Below, one piece after another: positions 10,701-19,739 of a DNA stretch of 64,000 nucleotides. The first letter of the stretch is position 1; every line of letters begins with the position of its first letter. The position numbers were made by a program, and so were the translations under genes. Source of the DNA: Candidatus Micrarchaeota archaeon (GTDB taxonomy: Archaea > Micrarchaeota > Micrarchaeia > Anstonellales > J096); the NCBI GenBank assembly GCA_015522475.1, contig WAMF01000001.1, positions 36,054 to 100,053 on the forward strand, read 5' to 3'. The notes beneath the pieces are model-generated. The model did not search any database. It was given only the letters and a program-made list of their open reading frames with translations, and had not been told where the DNA came from.

Positions 10701-11137
10701 TGAAAAGTTGAATTGGCAATTGTAACATTATCTGAGTTAGAAGATGTCATTATACCTGTGCTATAACCAGAAATCCTACAATTTCTAATAGTAAGATTAC
10801 TATGATGTCCTAATGAGATAGCGGTTCCTGCATTTGGATCTCCATTTCCTAATAAAGTATTGATACTTAAATTAACTCCTTTACCAATAATGTGAGATTC
10901 GTTACAATCAAAAACAAGAGTGTCATTATCAATTTCAATTGCATCGTCACAACAATCTACTGGAATAGAATAATTGTCCTCGCACAACGTCACACTCTCG
11001 TGGATGTAATAAGTATTGCCTGTTTTTGTCACGGCCGTGCCCCACGTTGAGTTGTCGCTTAAATTGACGCAGGCCGAAAAAGCCATAGATAAGAATGCTA
11101 ATAACAGAAAGAAAGCAGCAAAGTACCTGGCTCGCAT
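7748..11137 (-). CDS. large cell-surface glycoprotein: right-handed parallel beta-helix (NosD/PbH1-like), Ig-like domains and C-terminal membrane anchor
   Basis: Signal peptide, many Asn-rich I..N.I repeats with NxS/T sequons, a Pro-rich linker, Ig-like repeats (TDDKGEVTF, TNEDGEATF), then a TM segment and basic tail. Confidence 0.85.
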   Translation of the reverse strand: MRARYFAAFFLLLAFLSMAFSACVNLSDNSTWGTAVTKTGNTYYIHESVTLCEDNYSIPVDCCDDAIEIDNDTLVFDCNESHIIGKGVNLSINTLLGNGDPNAGTAISLGHHSNLTIRNCRISGYSTGIMTSSNSDNVTIANSTFHSNVEGISFHLETSNLTISSNRFYNNVIDILFGLPSTSDKNGCYDVNIYNNTGYNSNPIFYSSDSQVHLTNGTYAELIFCGNDNISVENVTIQGSNETSSDGIFMTYVNNIIVNNVTFNNTRTGVEGYYGGHSFQMEECVINSTNLLYGVYTYSYGAGANNSACVKNNLIYTPTISNNLMSSYSGVAGILLEFANLTITNNTILFGNLYYGGIYVSSNHSVIANNTLNSTSLTRVNSILALESNNTYIFNNRLNYVNGTGISFGSVSTNASIFGNTLTYTYGVGMNISVDNVNIFNNTLNYTYGLALLLEHDISNFQPGNNYSITSNIISYVNGSGILVGGNNVNISNNNITASTILTPSFVTGWPSFAEFLLFSQNSTIFNNTITANHTDLSTLYLYNAVNTSLISNNISVGDGPFTIYFDVGSGGTIQGNTLSNASHGVYLTGISFYNILNNTIISKGDSIYLGTSNSGGTIHNSTFNNISYNNLCGAPTVGLYLDENTTNNTGEHNYGNMTDLGTNNTIEMLNCSLLNQPPSPPTPPKPKKHKKPLSINYTLKNSSLIVYVTSDGRDVWDAHVVLRQVDTPPDTPFYIKSSTTDDKGEVTFTLPYPAKYKISATKSGYKRAETTFTYTAPEKPKKAQPTYNLKLAWNYNTEKALLSIYTTLYKDNESINPTDVTVRISGENISYSGHPDSKGTITLSINQSGNYTIKATYKNISAQKMAEIILPTTQPQGGSSSSGGLSVNTTEKSLVISAPSQAYVGDKIIIHITYQDGSPASNINIKAVSDKGTWSLKTNEDGEATFIPPSAGSYMYTSNMPIKQTTTTLVKVRPEEKPTVHTKTVDFNVQSQAIIYVKPKVKGSYTAKVYLGNKLIMEKEGSGNETLELRNLPKGKYHVVVVSHKSIDNVGIEVANLGLEKAVSNYVIGGAILVVLALIVVIRYVVKRRGRRQSEKKGVNEEEGNEQAGVTRVAGEAEEPGNENPPTF

Positions 11138-11218
11138 GTAAGGCTATGAAAGGATATCTATAAAAAGCTATTTGCACGTAGTGTGGATAAAATTTAAAGT
11201 CTTCGCGCCAAAAGGCCC

Positions 11219-11806
11219 ATGATGAAGATCCACTTCGTCACAACAAACAGAGGGAAATTCCTCACAGCCAAAGCCGCGCTGGGAAAGTACGACATAGAAG
11301 TTATTCACGAACCTGTAGAAATCCCTGAAATAAGGGCAGAGACGGTGGAGGAAGTAGCGATAGATAAGGTGATATGGGCGTGGCAGAAACTCTCCAAGCC
11401 GTTATTCGTCATAGACGCTGGACTGCACATCCCTTCCCTCAACGGCTTTCCCGGGCCGTTCTCAAAATTCGTGCTGGAAAAGATTGGCGTCGAGGGCATG
11501 CTGAGGCTGACGGAAAGAAAGGAAACGCCTGCCTACTTCATAGACGCGCTTGCCTATATGGACGAGAGACTGAGCAAGCCCAAGCTCTTCACAGCCAAAA
11601 TCCACGGTGTCCTAATTAGCGAGCCAAGAGGCGAAGCTAGAGAATATGCATGGTCTGATTATTTTTACATATTCAAACCCCAAGGCGAAGAGAAAACACT
11701 GGCTGAGATGAACAAGGATGAATACGCGAAATGGAGAGAAAACCTACAGACAGTAACAGAGACCTTTGGAGAACGGCCAGCAGAGAAAGCGAGTGGGCAA
11801 AGCTAA
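11219..11806 (+). CDS. Ham1/ITPase-family non-canonical NTP pyrophosphatase (divergent)
   Basis: FVTTNRGK, DAGL, LNGFPGP and KTLAEM motifs present; SHR motif missing. Confidence 0.85.
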   Translation: MMKIHFVTTNRGKFLTAKAALGKYDIEVIHEPVEIPEIRAETVEEVAIDKVIWAWQKLSKPLFVIDAGLHIPSLNGFPGPFSKFVLEKIGVEGMLRLTERKETPAYFIDALAYMDERLSKPKLFTAKIHGVLISEPRGEAREYAWSDYFYIFKPQGEEKTLAEMNKDEYAKWRENLQTVTETFGERPAEKASGQS

Positions 11807-11842
11807 GCAAACCCTTTTAACTTTATTACCCATAGAAAGGGC

Positions 11843-13411
11843 ATGGCAGATAAAGAGTACGTTCTCGACACCTCCGTAGTAGTTGACGGAAGGATACTGG
11901 AGTTAATAGAAGAAGGAGAGGTAAAAGGCACGCTCATATTGCCAAGGGCTGTCATAGCCGAGATGGAACATCAAGCAAATATGAATAAAGAACTGGGTTT
12001 CACAGGTTTTACAGTCATAGAAAAGCTAAGAGCACTAGAGAAAGCCAAAAAAATCCGCTTAGAGATAGATGGAGAGCGCCCGACGGAGCGGGAAATAGAG
12101 CTAGCTAAAAAAGCGGGCACTATCGACGCCAAGATAAGGGAGCTAGCCAGAATAAGAAATGCCATTTTAATAACAGGCGACAAAGTTCAGCACCTAGCAG
12201 CAGAAGCAGAAGGCATAGAAACGCTTTATTTACACGCAAAAGAAGAGGTTCACGGTCTAGGCTTCGAAAAGTACTTCGACGGATTAACAATGTCTGTTCA
12301 TATAAAGGAAAACCTACCCGTCGTCGTGAAGAGGGGTAAGCCAGGCAATTGGAAGATGATAACGCTAGATGAAGTTATAGACACAGACAAATTAAGGGCT
12401 CTATCAGAAGAGATAATAGAAGCAACACGCCGGAATGCCCAGTATTATGTAGAGTTAGACCAGCCCGGAGCAACAGTTATACAGATGGGTGATTACCGCA
12501 TCGTCATAACAAAGCCCCCCTTTTCAGACAACTTCGAGATAACAATCGTGAAACCCATAGTTAAGCTCAGCTTAAAAGACTACAAGTTGGATAAAAAGCT
12601 TCTGAAACGCCTAAATGAAGAGGCAGAGGGTATACTTATATGTGGCCCGCCTGGCAGCGGCAAGACAACATTCGCGACAGCTCTAGCAGAGTACTATTAC
12701 AAAAAAGGCTTCATAGTGAAAACGCTAGAAGACCCACGCGACATGCAAGTAGTAGACGCCATAACACAATACACGCGCCTCAATGGAAGCTACGAGAAGG
12801 CAAAGGACATTCTTCTCTTAGTGAGGCCCGACTACGTCTTCTTCGACGAAGTTAGAAAGACAGAAGAGTTCATCATATACAGTGACCTCCGCATGACTGG
12901 TATAGGTATGGTCGGCGTAGTCCACGCAAAGAAAGCCATCGACGCCATTCAGCGCTTCATAAACAAAATAGAGCTGGGCGTTATACCTCAAGTTATTGAC
13001 ACAGTTATCCTTATAGACAAGGGCAATGTTGGAAAAGTTTACAGTCTCGAACACACAATAAAGGTGCCGACGGGCATGACTGAAAAAGATTTGGCTAGGC
13101 CAGTCATAGAAGTAAGAGATTTCTTCAAAAACGAGCTGGAATTCGAGATTTACAAGTTCGGCGAAGAAACCGTCGTTCTACCCATAAAGGAAATCCAAAA
13201 TAAAGCTCAAGCCCAACGCAGCCTCAGAAATATTCAACACGTAATGAACAACCTTTTTGAGGAGGGCGAAGTAAGAGTAGAAAGCGAAGACGGAAGAATC
13301 ATAATATACGCGACGAAGCGAGCCATCCATGCCCTTAACCACAAGTACAGAAAACGCCTTGACAGGCTCGTGAAGCGCTACGGTGAGATAGAGGTGAGGC
13401 CCCTTGATTAA
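11843..13411 (+). CDS. PIN domain-VirB11-like ATPase (PINA family)
   Basis: N-terminal PIN domain (VLDTSVVVDG), GPPGSGKTT, LLVRPDYVFFDEVR and GMVGVVHA. Confidence 0.92.
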   Translation: MADKEYVLDTSVVVDGRILELIEEGEVKGTLILPRAVIAEMEHQANMNKELGFTGFTVIEKLRALEKAKKIRLEIDGERPTEREIELAKKAGTIDAKIRELARIRNAILITGDKVQHLAAEAEGIETLYLHAKEEVHGLGFEKYFDGLTMSVHIKENLPVVVKRGKPGNWKMITLDEVIDTDKLRALSEEIIEATRRNAQYYVELDQPGATVIQMGDYRIVITKPPFSDNFEITIVKPIVKLSLKDYKLDKKLLKRLNEEAEGILICGPPGSGKTTFATALAEYYYKKGFIVKTLEDPRDMQVVDAITQYTRLNGSYEKAKDILLLVRPDYVFFDEVRKTEEFIIYSDLRMTGIGMVGVVHAKKAIDAIQRFINKIELGVIPQVIDTVILIDKGNVGKVYSLEHTIKVPTGMTEKDLARPVIEVRDFFKNELEFEIYKFGEETVVLPIKEIQNKAQAQRSLRNIQHVMNNLFEEGEVRVESEDGRIIIYATKRAIHALNHKYRKRLDRLVKRYGEIEVRPLD

Positions 13412-14012
13412 AGTCTCGCTTAGAGAAGACTATGATAGGGCTTTTGAGGAAGCGCTTAAAGCACTGAAAGCTGGCCGGCCCATAATTTACCCAACAGACA
13501 CAGTGTATGGAATAGGTGCTGTAGCAATAGATAAGCAAGCAGTTGAAAAAGTGTATAGAGCGAAAAGGCGCAAGAGAAGTAAGGCAGTGTCTGTCCTCGT
13601 CGGCAATTTAGCCCAAGTGTTGCGCTTTTTTAAGCCAAGCTCAGAAGAGGTTCGCTACATCTATCAATACATGCCGGGGCCTTACACATTTATAATAGAC
13701 GCTAAAGATGAGCTAAAGACGGGCCTGGGCTTCGAACGCGTCGGCCTTCGTGTGCCAGACAACTACTTCATCAGAAAGCTCGCCATAGAAGTCGGTGCTC
13801 CCATTATTACAACTTCTGCCAATATAAGCGGAAACGACGCGCACGCCACAGCAGAAGAGATCGAAAAGGAAGAAGCAGAGCTATTGAAAGAGGTTTCTTT
13901 AATAATCGACGCAGGCCCATTAAAGCACGGCGAGCCTTCGACTGTTGTAGACATAAAAGAAAAGAAAATTCTAAGGCAAGGCGCTGGAAACTTCAGATGG
14001 CTCAATGAATGA
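13404..14012 (+). CDS. sua5: L-threonylcarbamoyladenylate synthase (YrdC domain only)
   Basis: YPTDTVYG, KRR, PGPYT, TTSANISG and PSTVVD motifs. Confidence 0.92.
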   Translation: MIKVSLREDYDRAFEEALKALKAGRPIIYPTDTVYGIGAVAIDKQAVEKVYRAKRRKRSKAVSVLVGNLAQVLRFFKPSSEEVRYIYQYMPGPYTFIIDAKDELKTGLGFERVGLRVPDNYFIRKLAIEVGAPIITTSANISGNDAHATAEEIEKEEAELLKEVSLIIDAGPLKHGEPSTVVDIKEKKILRQGAGNFRWLNE

Positions 14013-14085
14013 AAAAATGAAGAAAGGCCAATTGAGTGCTTTCACTTCTTGCTCCTCGCTACCTTCGGGCTGCCAAAGGAATACC

Positions 14086-15423
14086 TTAAAGTTTAAGCTC
14101 CGAATGCTCTAAGGAAGGCTTTAACTTCCATACAACGAACGCTGTAGAAATCATATTGAGCTGCGTCAAGTTAAAGAATATACGCAAATTTATAGGCAGG
14201 GATTTAGCCTTATAAGGAGAAAGAGTTGTTATGGGCTGCCTCTCTTTTATAGAGCGGATAATTTCTTGGATTGTAGGCCTTCGCCTTTCATAAACAACGC
14301 CATTCCAACCCTGCCCTAATAGAGAAGTGTGGGCTGAGGATGGCCAAGGATTGATGTGGCTATCGGGTTCAAAGAACACAACCTTTCCCCATGCTCTCCA
14401 TTCATCAGCAGCAAATATCTCAAGCTCTCCTTCGCGAGAAGGGCTCATAAGATTAACATCTTCGGCATTTAAGTTACCCTCTAGGGTTGACCCTTTCTTT
14501 GGAATAATTTTTTTCTTTGCTCTCTCTAGAAGGTGTTTTACAAAAGCCTCCATCCATAGGTTTGAAAAAGTAACTTTGGACTTAGCAGCGTCGGCATTAA
14601 ATATTGAAATAGCATCTGCCCTTTCAACAAGAGCTTCTATGAGGGCTCGGGCTCTAGGCATGTAGTGAAAAATGCCTGTTGCGTGAAACTTGCCAAATAT
14701 TCTCGTGCCATAAAAAGGATGTGGAATACCCACAGCTACATCTTTGTGATCTAGAAGCCAAAGAAGCATATCCTCTCCTCTTGTCCTGGGAGGTAGAGGA
14801 GGATACAACTTGTTAAATGGTGTTAGCTTAACCACGTCTGAACAAAATGTTTTTGCAAGCTCGGCATTAGGGAACCAATGAAGCACATGAAAGCCGTCAA
14901 TAACACTGCCTATGTTGTACGTGAATTCAGCCGCATAGCCCTTATCTATGTTAAAAGCTCTTAGGAATTTCCTCATAGCTTCTATTCTGACTATTTCCAT
15001 GTTGTTGTGAAAGCCGGAGAGATCAAAATCTATGTGGTGAAACGCTAGGTCTAAAACTACAAGTTCATAGGGGGATAAGCCATCGTCCACAAGGCGCTTT
15101 CCGGCAAAGGAACGCGTATGACCGTGAAGATGGACAAGGTAAAGAGAGCTCGGTTTAGTTAAAGCTGTTAATTCTACCTCGTCAAGTATATCACTAAGGC
15201 TATACTTAGGAAAGGCAAGATAAGTTGCAGGGCCATAGCCCACTGGGCTCATCTCGAGAAATAAAAAATTTGCTGCCCTTTCTTTAATTTTGGCCAGCAC
15301 AAAAAAATTAGACTGCCTAGCATTTCCTCTGTTGAATAGATAAAGATGGCCCTTCATTCGAATAGGCACTCTGTGAAAGCCCCGTTCCTTCATTCCTGCT
15401 ATGATCTCTTCCTTCAGAGACAT
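14086..15423 (-). CDS. PHP-fold metallophosphoesterase-like protein
   Basis: HLHGHT, FHN, PHPF, FNA and DSH in PHP order. Confidence 0.65.
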   Translation of the reverse strand: MSLKEEIIAGMKERGFHRVPIRMKGHLYLFNRGNARQSNFFVLAKIKERAANFLFLEMSPVGYGPATYLAFPKYSLSDILDEVELTALTKPSSLYLVHLHGHTRSFAGKRLVDDGLSPYELVVLDLAFHHIDFDLSGFHNNMEIVRIEAMRKFLRAFNIDKGYAAEFTYNIGSVIDGFHVLHWFPNAELAKTFCSDVVKLTPFNKLYPPLPPRTRGEDMLLWLLDHKDVAVGIPHPFYGTRIFGKFHATGIFHYMPRARALIEALVERADAISIFNADAAKSKVTFSNLWMEAFVKHLLERAKKKIIPKKGSTLEGNLNAEDVNLMSPSREGELEIFAADEWRAWGKVVFFEPDSHINPWPSSAHTSLLGQGWNGVVYERRRPTIQEIIRSIKERQPITTLSPYKAKSLPINLRIFFNLTQLNMISTAFVVWKLKPSLEHSELKL

Positions 15424-15570
15424 GCTTTCTCACTTCTTCTTTCACCCAAGCCACAGTGTATCCATAACATGCCCTTAGTTTAATTATATTGTTGTATTTT
15501 TATTTCTTTACCACGCCTTTCGCTATTTAAGCCCAAAGGCAAGGAAAGTTAAGTCTTAATTTACAGCCCC

Positions 15571-16734
15571 TTATTTTTTAGCGGCGCTTACAAGCTCTAC
15601 GGCGTCGAGGTGTTTAAGCACATGGTCTTTGGCTAAACGCATTTTCGTCCTCACATCAATCCCATAGAGGAGATGCTTAGCTATGTCGCTGTGAATCTTC
15701 ATGGCAAAATCGTAGACGGTTGCATCCTTGGGCAGAAGGAAACAATCGGGCAATACCCTCCCCTTACTATCGACGAGTTTACTGCCAGCAGGATAAACGG
15801 CCTTATAACCAAGAACGCCGAAGACCGCATGCTCAATGACTTGTTGGACACCTGTACTGCCAAAGGGTTTGAGGACATTCTCGCGTATAGCGTTAAGAGC
15901 AGCTTCCTGCTCCGCTGAGAGTTTGCCCTTTACTTCGAAATCCGACTCGCCGGGCACGTAGTCTATGAGGCCGGCCTTAGCAGCCCTCTTCAACGCCAGC
16001 TCGGCAACTGCTGAAACCGGAATCATATCGTACTTATCTTTTAACCGCTCATAGTTGGCTTTACCCTCCTTTGTGTCCACTTTATTGGCGGCGGTAACTA
16101 TAGCTTTTGTTTTCTGCCTCAAAAACCTCGCTACTTCGAGAAGGTCTTGCCAAGAGGCTATTGGGCCAAAGCGCTCTACGGTTTCCTCCGCTATACCTTC
16201 ATCGACGCGGAAGCTACTCAGAATCTCGACGAGTACATCTGCATCCTTCATGCCCGAGCGTTTAAGCCTCTCCATCCTATCGCGGTTCCTCTCTATAACG
16301 CCCTTATACCAGTAGTCAAGCTCGTCTTCGAGGAAGGCTATGTCCTTCTCAGGGTCGTGGCTGCCAGGCTCGACGGCATTACCCTCTTCATCCGTCGAAC
16401 CGCTCATATCTACAACGTGGATGAGTGCTTCCGCTTGGTTTAAATTGTTGAGGAATTGATTGCCTAAGCCTCTGCCTTCGTGGGCTCCGGGAATTAGGCC
16501 AGCGACGTCTATGATTTTAACGGGAACGAAGCGCCATGGGCCCGCTATATAACCCGTGCGCGGCGTCGCCTTAACGCCGAATTCGGGGCCTATTTCCTTA
16601 ACGCGGACATAAGCAGTGCCGACGTTGGGTTCAATAGTTGTGAAAGGTCGGCTGTTTATCTCGACAGTGGCCATAGTAACCGCTGCAAAGAACGTGCTTT
16701 TGCCAGATGATGGTTTCCCAACGAGGCCGAGCAT
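15571..16734 (-). CDS. ychF: Obg-family ATPase YchF (archaeal type)
   Basis: GKPSSGKST, PFTTIEPN, DVAGL, GLGNQFL, NKVD and a C-terminal TGS domain. Confidence 0.93.
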   Translation of the reverse strand: MLGLVGKPSSGKSTFFAAVTMATVEINSRPFTTIEPNVGTAYVRVKEIGPEFGVKATPRTGYIAGPWRFVPVKIIDVAGLIPGAHEGRGLGNQFLNNLNQAEALIHVVDMSGSTDEEGNAVEPGSHDPEKDIAFLEDELDYWYKGVIERNRDRMERLKRSGMKDADVLVEILSSFRVDEGIAEETVERFGPIASWQDLLEVARFLRQKTKAIVTAANKVDTKEGKANYERLKDKYDMIPVSAVAELALKRAAKAGLIDYVPGESDFEVKGKLSAEQEAALNAIRENVLKPFGSTGVQQVIEHAVFGVLGYKAVYPAGSKLVDSKGRVLPDCFLLPKDATVYDFAMKIHSDIAKHLLYGIDVRTKMRLAKDHVLKHLDAVELVSAAKK

Positions 16735-16828
16735 ACCTCAGACTTCCCTAGAAGGTTTTTTAAGCTAAGATGGCTCTAGTCTGGGAACTGCAACAGGTTT
16801 AAAAATTAGCTTTCTTATAAACGCTACA

Positions 16829-17752
16829 ATGCAACTCTACGACAAGCTTAACCAAGCGTGGAAGCAAACAGCTAAGATAGTGCTGGGCGACGAAGTAGGT
16901 GAGTTGAAGGATTATGAAGGGCTACTTAAGCAACACATGGAAGGTGAGCTTATAGAGAAGCGCTCAGCCATAAGTGAAGAAGCTGTAAGCGTGCCAGCTG
17001 AATACAAAGCCCTGCCCGTCGCTTCTATGAGTGAGTTAGATAAACTGAGAAGGGTTAAGCTGGACATCAACGACATAAAGGACATAGATACGATTGTGGA
17101 GAGGCTAAAGGAAGAGTTTGTTTATGTCGGTAATGTGGCCTTGGGAAAGAGCAACTTTGTTGAAAAGAGCAGTAAAGTTGTCGACAGTCAATATATATAC
17201 AACAGCTATGATGTGTTCAACTCTAGGTTCGTTATGTATGGAAGCCATATTCGTAATGAGAAGTATGTCTTCGGTGTAAGAGATGGAGGAAATGTTGAGT
17301 TCGCCATTCTATGTAGAGGGTATGGGGGCACTAAAGAAGCGGCATCCATACGAGTATTTGAAAGCGTAGTCATAGGCTTTTCTAAAAACACATACTACGG
17401 CGCTGTTTGCACATATTGCAATGAGGTCTTCTTCTCCTTCTTCCAGTACGGCGCCCGCTACACCATAGGCAACCTCCAGCATACCCCCGACAAGTATAAG
17501 CAGATAAAGGCGGCTTTGCTCGAAGAGATTAGAGATAATCTTAAGGCTAAGAAACATGTAAGCATCTTTGACTTATTCATGGAAGGCACAGAAGAGCAAG
17601 AAGAGACAAAGCGCATTGTACAGGAGAGATTAGCGGGCCAATCCTATGAAATTCCCTTTGATAAAAAGCCCATAGAGGAGGCATTTACTGCCACAAGTAA
17701 GCTGTTGTTGGGTAAGCCTCTAGAGGACGGCATAGATGCATACGAGAAGTGA
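16829..17752 (+). CDS. beta-helix-repeat protein, N-terminal part of a split gene
   Basis: Colinear with the first ~310 aa of 20002..21609 (LNQAWKQT.KIVLGDEVGEL, IKDID, Y.IGNLQ). Confidence 0.7.
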   Translation: MQLYDKLNQAWKQTAKIVLGDEVGELKDYEGLLKQHMEGELIEKRSAISEEAVSVPAEYKALPVASMSELDKLRRVKLDINDIKDIDTIVERLKEEFVYVGNVALGKSNFVEKSSKVVDSQYIYNSYDVFNSRFVMYGSHIRNEKYVFGVRDGGNVEFAILCRGYGGTKEAASIRVFESVVIGFSKNTYYGAVCTYCNEVFFSFFQYGARYTIGNLQHTPDKYKQIKAALLEEIRDNLKAKKHVSIFDLFMEGTEEQEETKRIVQERLAGQSYEIPFDKKPIEEAFTATSKLLLGKPLEDGIDAYEK

Positions 17753-18447
17753 CTTACAAAGAAAACGCCTACTACGATTATGAGCCCGTGAAGAGCGCGT
17801 TTATGGGCTGGGTAGGGCACATGAATTATAAGCTTGACAATCTTCCAAGAAAGGTTGTGGAAAGGACTTTTATAACTGAAAGAGAAGGGAAGGTCTTAGG
17901 TAGTAGCGTGCACATAAAAGAAGAAGAGGTGGATGAACTTTCTTTTAAAGACATAGAAAACTTGAAGAGGATAATCTCCAGAGTTTACACTATAACATAC
18001 CATTCAAAGGATGACCTCTCTTCAAACTTTGACGATGCCGCCTCTGTGTATGGGTCGAGGGATGTCTACAGGAGTCCAATAACGATGTTCAGCAAAAAAT
18101 GCGCTTACTCCATTTTTCCTAGGAATAGCAGTTACCAATTCGGCTCATCCCTCGTATTGCAAAGCGAGTTCGGCATAAACGTGTACATGAGCGATAACAT
18201 CAAACGCGGCTTTGAAGTGGATAACTCCGCTCACAGCAGCGACATCTACTTCAGCCATAACTGCGAAGGCAGCTCCGATGTGATGTTCTGCTTTAACGGG
18301 AAAGGGCAGCGTAATAGCATAGGACATAATCAGCTGGAGAGGAGCAAGTACTTGGAAATAAAGGCCGCCCTGCTCGAGCAGATATGGAGCGAGCTCAATG
18401 CAAAGAAGGATTTCCGCTACGGCATTTATTCGCTGGTGAGGGAGTAA
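17749..18447 (+). CDS. beta-helix-repeat protein, C-terminal part of a split gene (or frameshifted pseudogene)
   Basis: Colinear with the C-terminal half of 20002..21609 (SSDIYFSH, KYL.IKA.LL.Q). Joined to the upstream part by a GTGA stop/start overlap. Confidence 0.65.
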   Translation: MTYKENAYYDYEPVKSAFMGWVGHMNYKLDNLPRKVVERTFITEREGKVLGSSVHIKEEEVDELSFKDIENLKRIISRVYTITYHSKDDLSSNFDDAASVYGSRDVYRSPITMFSKKCAYSIFPRNSSYQFGSSLVLQSEFGINVYMSDNIKRGFEVDNSAHSSDIYFSHNCEGSSDVMFCFNGKGQRNSIGHNQLERSKYLEIKAALLEQIWSELNAKKDFRYGIYSLVRE

Positions 18448-18471
18448 AGGAGCAAAATAGGAAAAGCATTT

Positions 18472-18783
18472 TCATTCATCCAGATTCTTAACCCTTAACC
18501 AGTTCTTAACAGATAGAAGAACGGCTTTCCTCAACCTCTCTTTTACAGGGCCGAAACTGCTTGAATCGCCCATCCATTTTACAGAGCCCTGTTCGACGCT
18601 GATGATGCCAGCACCTAAAAAGTCGAGTTCATCTAACGGCCTATGGACTTTTTCAGCATATTTACCCGCTAATACGCCATGATTCGGCGCTTCCTTAAAA
18701 GGAAGAAGAAATATTAAAAGGTGGTTTTGAGTTCTCAGTAAGAGAAAAAGGTGTTTACCATTCTTTTCCACCTTACCTTTCAC
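18472..18783 (-). CDS. hypothetical protein (frame stays open upstream, possible ATA start at 18927)
   Basis: 103-aa ORF from GTG. No in-frame stop until 18973-18975. Confidence 0.55.
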   Translation of the reverse strand: MKGKVEKNGKHLFLLLRTQNHLLIFLLPFKEAPNHGVLAGKYAEKVHRPLDELDFLGAGIISVEQGSVKWMGDSSSFGPVKERLRKAVLLSVKNWLRVKNLDE

Positions 18784-18986
18784 ATCTAGTGGTTGGAACT
18801 TCTCTTGGTCGATTGGGCTAGATGAAGAATCAAACAGCGGGGTTGATAGATCGTGGTTGTTAAAGGACTGTGTAGACCGGGAAAGAGCAGCTAATTTATG
18901 TGAGGGGGGACGGCGATATGTATGTATATATAATCCGCGGGAACCGAAAGCTTTATAAATCTGCTCTAGAGGCTATTGACAGCTGT

Positions 18987-19607
18987 CTAATGGTTTTTCT
19001 GCTTTTCTGCGTCGGCCTTGGCTAAAAGCTCCCTGGCAAAAGAAAAGCGTTGAATCAAACCAATCAAGGCAATCGCTGCAAGAACATATAAGCCAACGAC
19101 GTTGAGGTCAAAACCACAGCAGGACGGCCAAAAAGGCCTAAAGAGGAGCGTAAAAAAGACAATTAATAAGCGCTCAGCCCTCTCGCCAATAGCAGGCCAA
19201 TCGGGATTGCCAAGGGGTACAACCATCTCTGCCCGCGCTTTAGCGAAAGCGACGAGAAGGGAAAGCACAGCCGCAAAAAATGCTGCTGTGGGATAACCAG
19301 CTAAAGCAAAACCTGCAAGTATAGTAACTTCCTGCACTTTATCAGTGAACGCATCCCAGTAGGAGCCAAACAGCGTCTTTTTGTTGTTGGCCTTTGCAAT
19401 TGCACCGTCAATATTGTCAACAACGGACGAGAGAATAACAAATAAAGCAGCCCATAGCCACGCATGCACAAAGATGAAGTATGCTGCTATAAAAGCTAGA
19501 GGGTATGCCCAAGCAGTAACGTGGTTGGGGTCAAAACACGAGAGGCGCTTACCCAAAGGAAAGAAAACGTGCTTATTCAGCCAGTCACGCATGAGAGAGC
19601 CAAGCAT
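18987..19607 (-). CDS. CDP-alcohol phosphatidyltransferase
   Basis: PNHVT and DNIDGAIAK...FGSYWDAFTD signature. Confidence 0.92.
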   Translation of the reverse strand: MLGSLMRDWLNKHVFFPLGKRLSCFDPNHVTAWAYPLAFIAAYFIFVHAWLWAALFVILSSVVDNIDGAIAKANNKKTLFGSYWDAFTDKVQEVTILAGFALAGYPTAAFFAAVLSLLVAFAKARAEMVVPLGNPDWPAIGERAERLLIVFFTLLFRPFWPSCCGFDLNVVGLYVLAAIALIGLIQRFSFARELLAKADAEKQKNH

Positions 19608-19702
19608 AGTCTGCTTAGAACAGAAAGATTAAAAAACAAAGAGCGAATCATGCAGCGAAGAATGTCACAAGTGTGTGTCACAACGTGGTAGTTAAAGGGA
19701 AG

Positions 19703-19717
19703 CGAAAGGATTAAAAA
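19703..19717 (+). promoter_or_regulatory. BRE/TATA promoter of the putative ncRNA
   Basis: CGAAAGGA followed by TTAAAAA, about 25 nt upstream of the start of the structured element. Confidence 0.6.
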
Positions 19718-19739
19718 GAATTTTGCTCCTATATTTCAT

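Noticed and set aside
17750-17752. TGA recoding (Trp or Sec)
   Set aside because: Readthrough reaches another TGA after 12 codons, the homologous sequence continues in a different frame, and TGA ends normal genes in this window.
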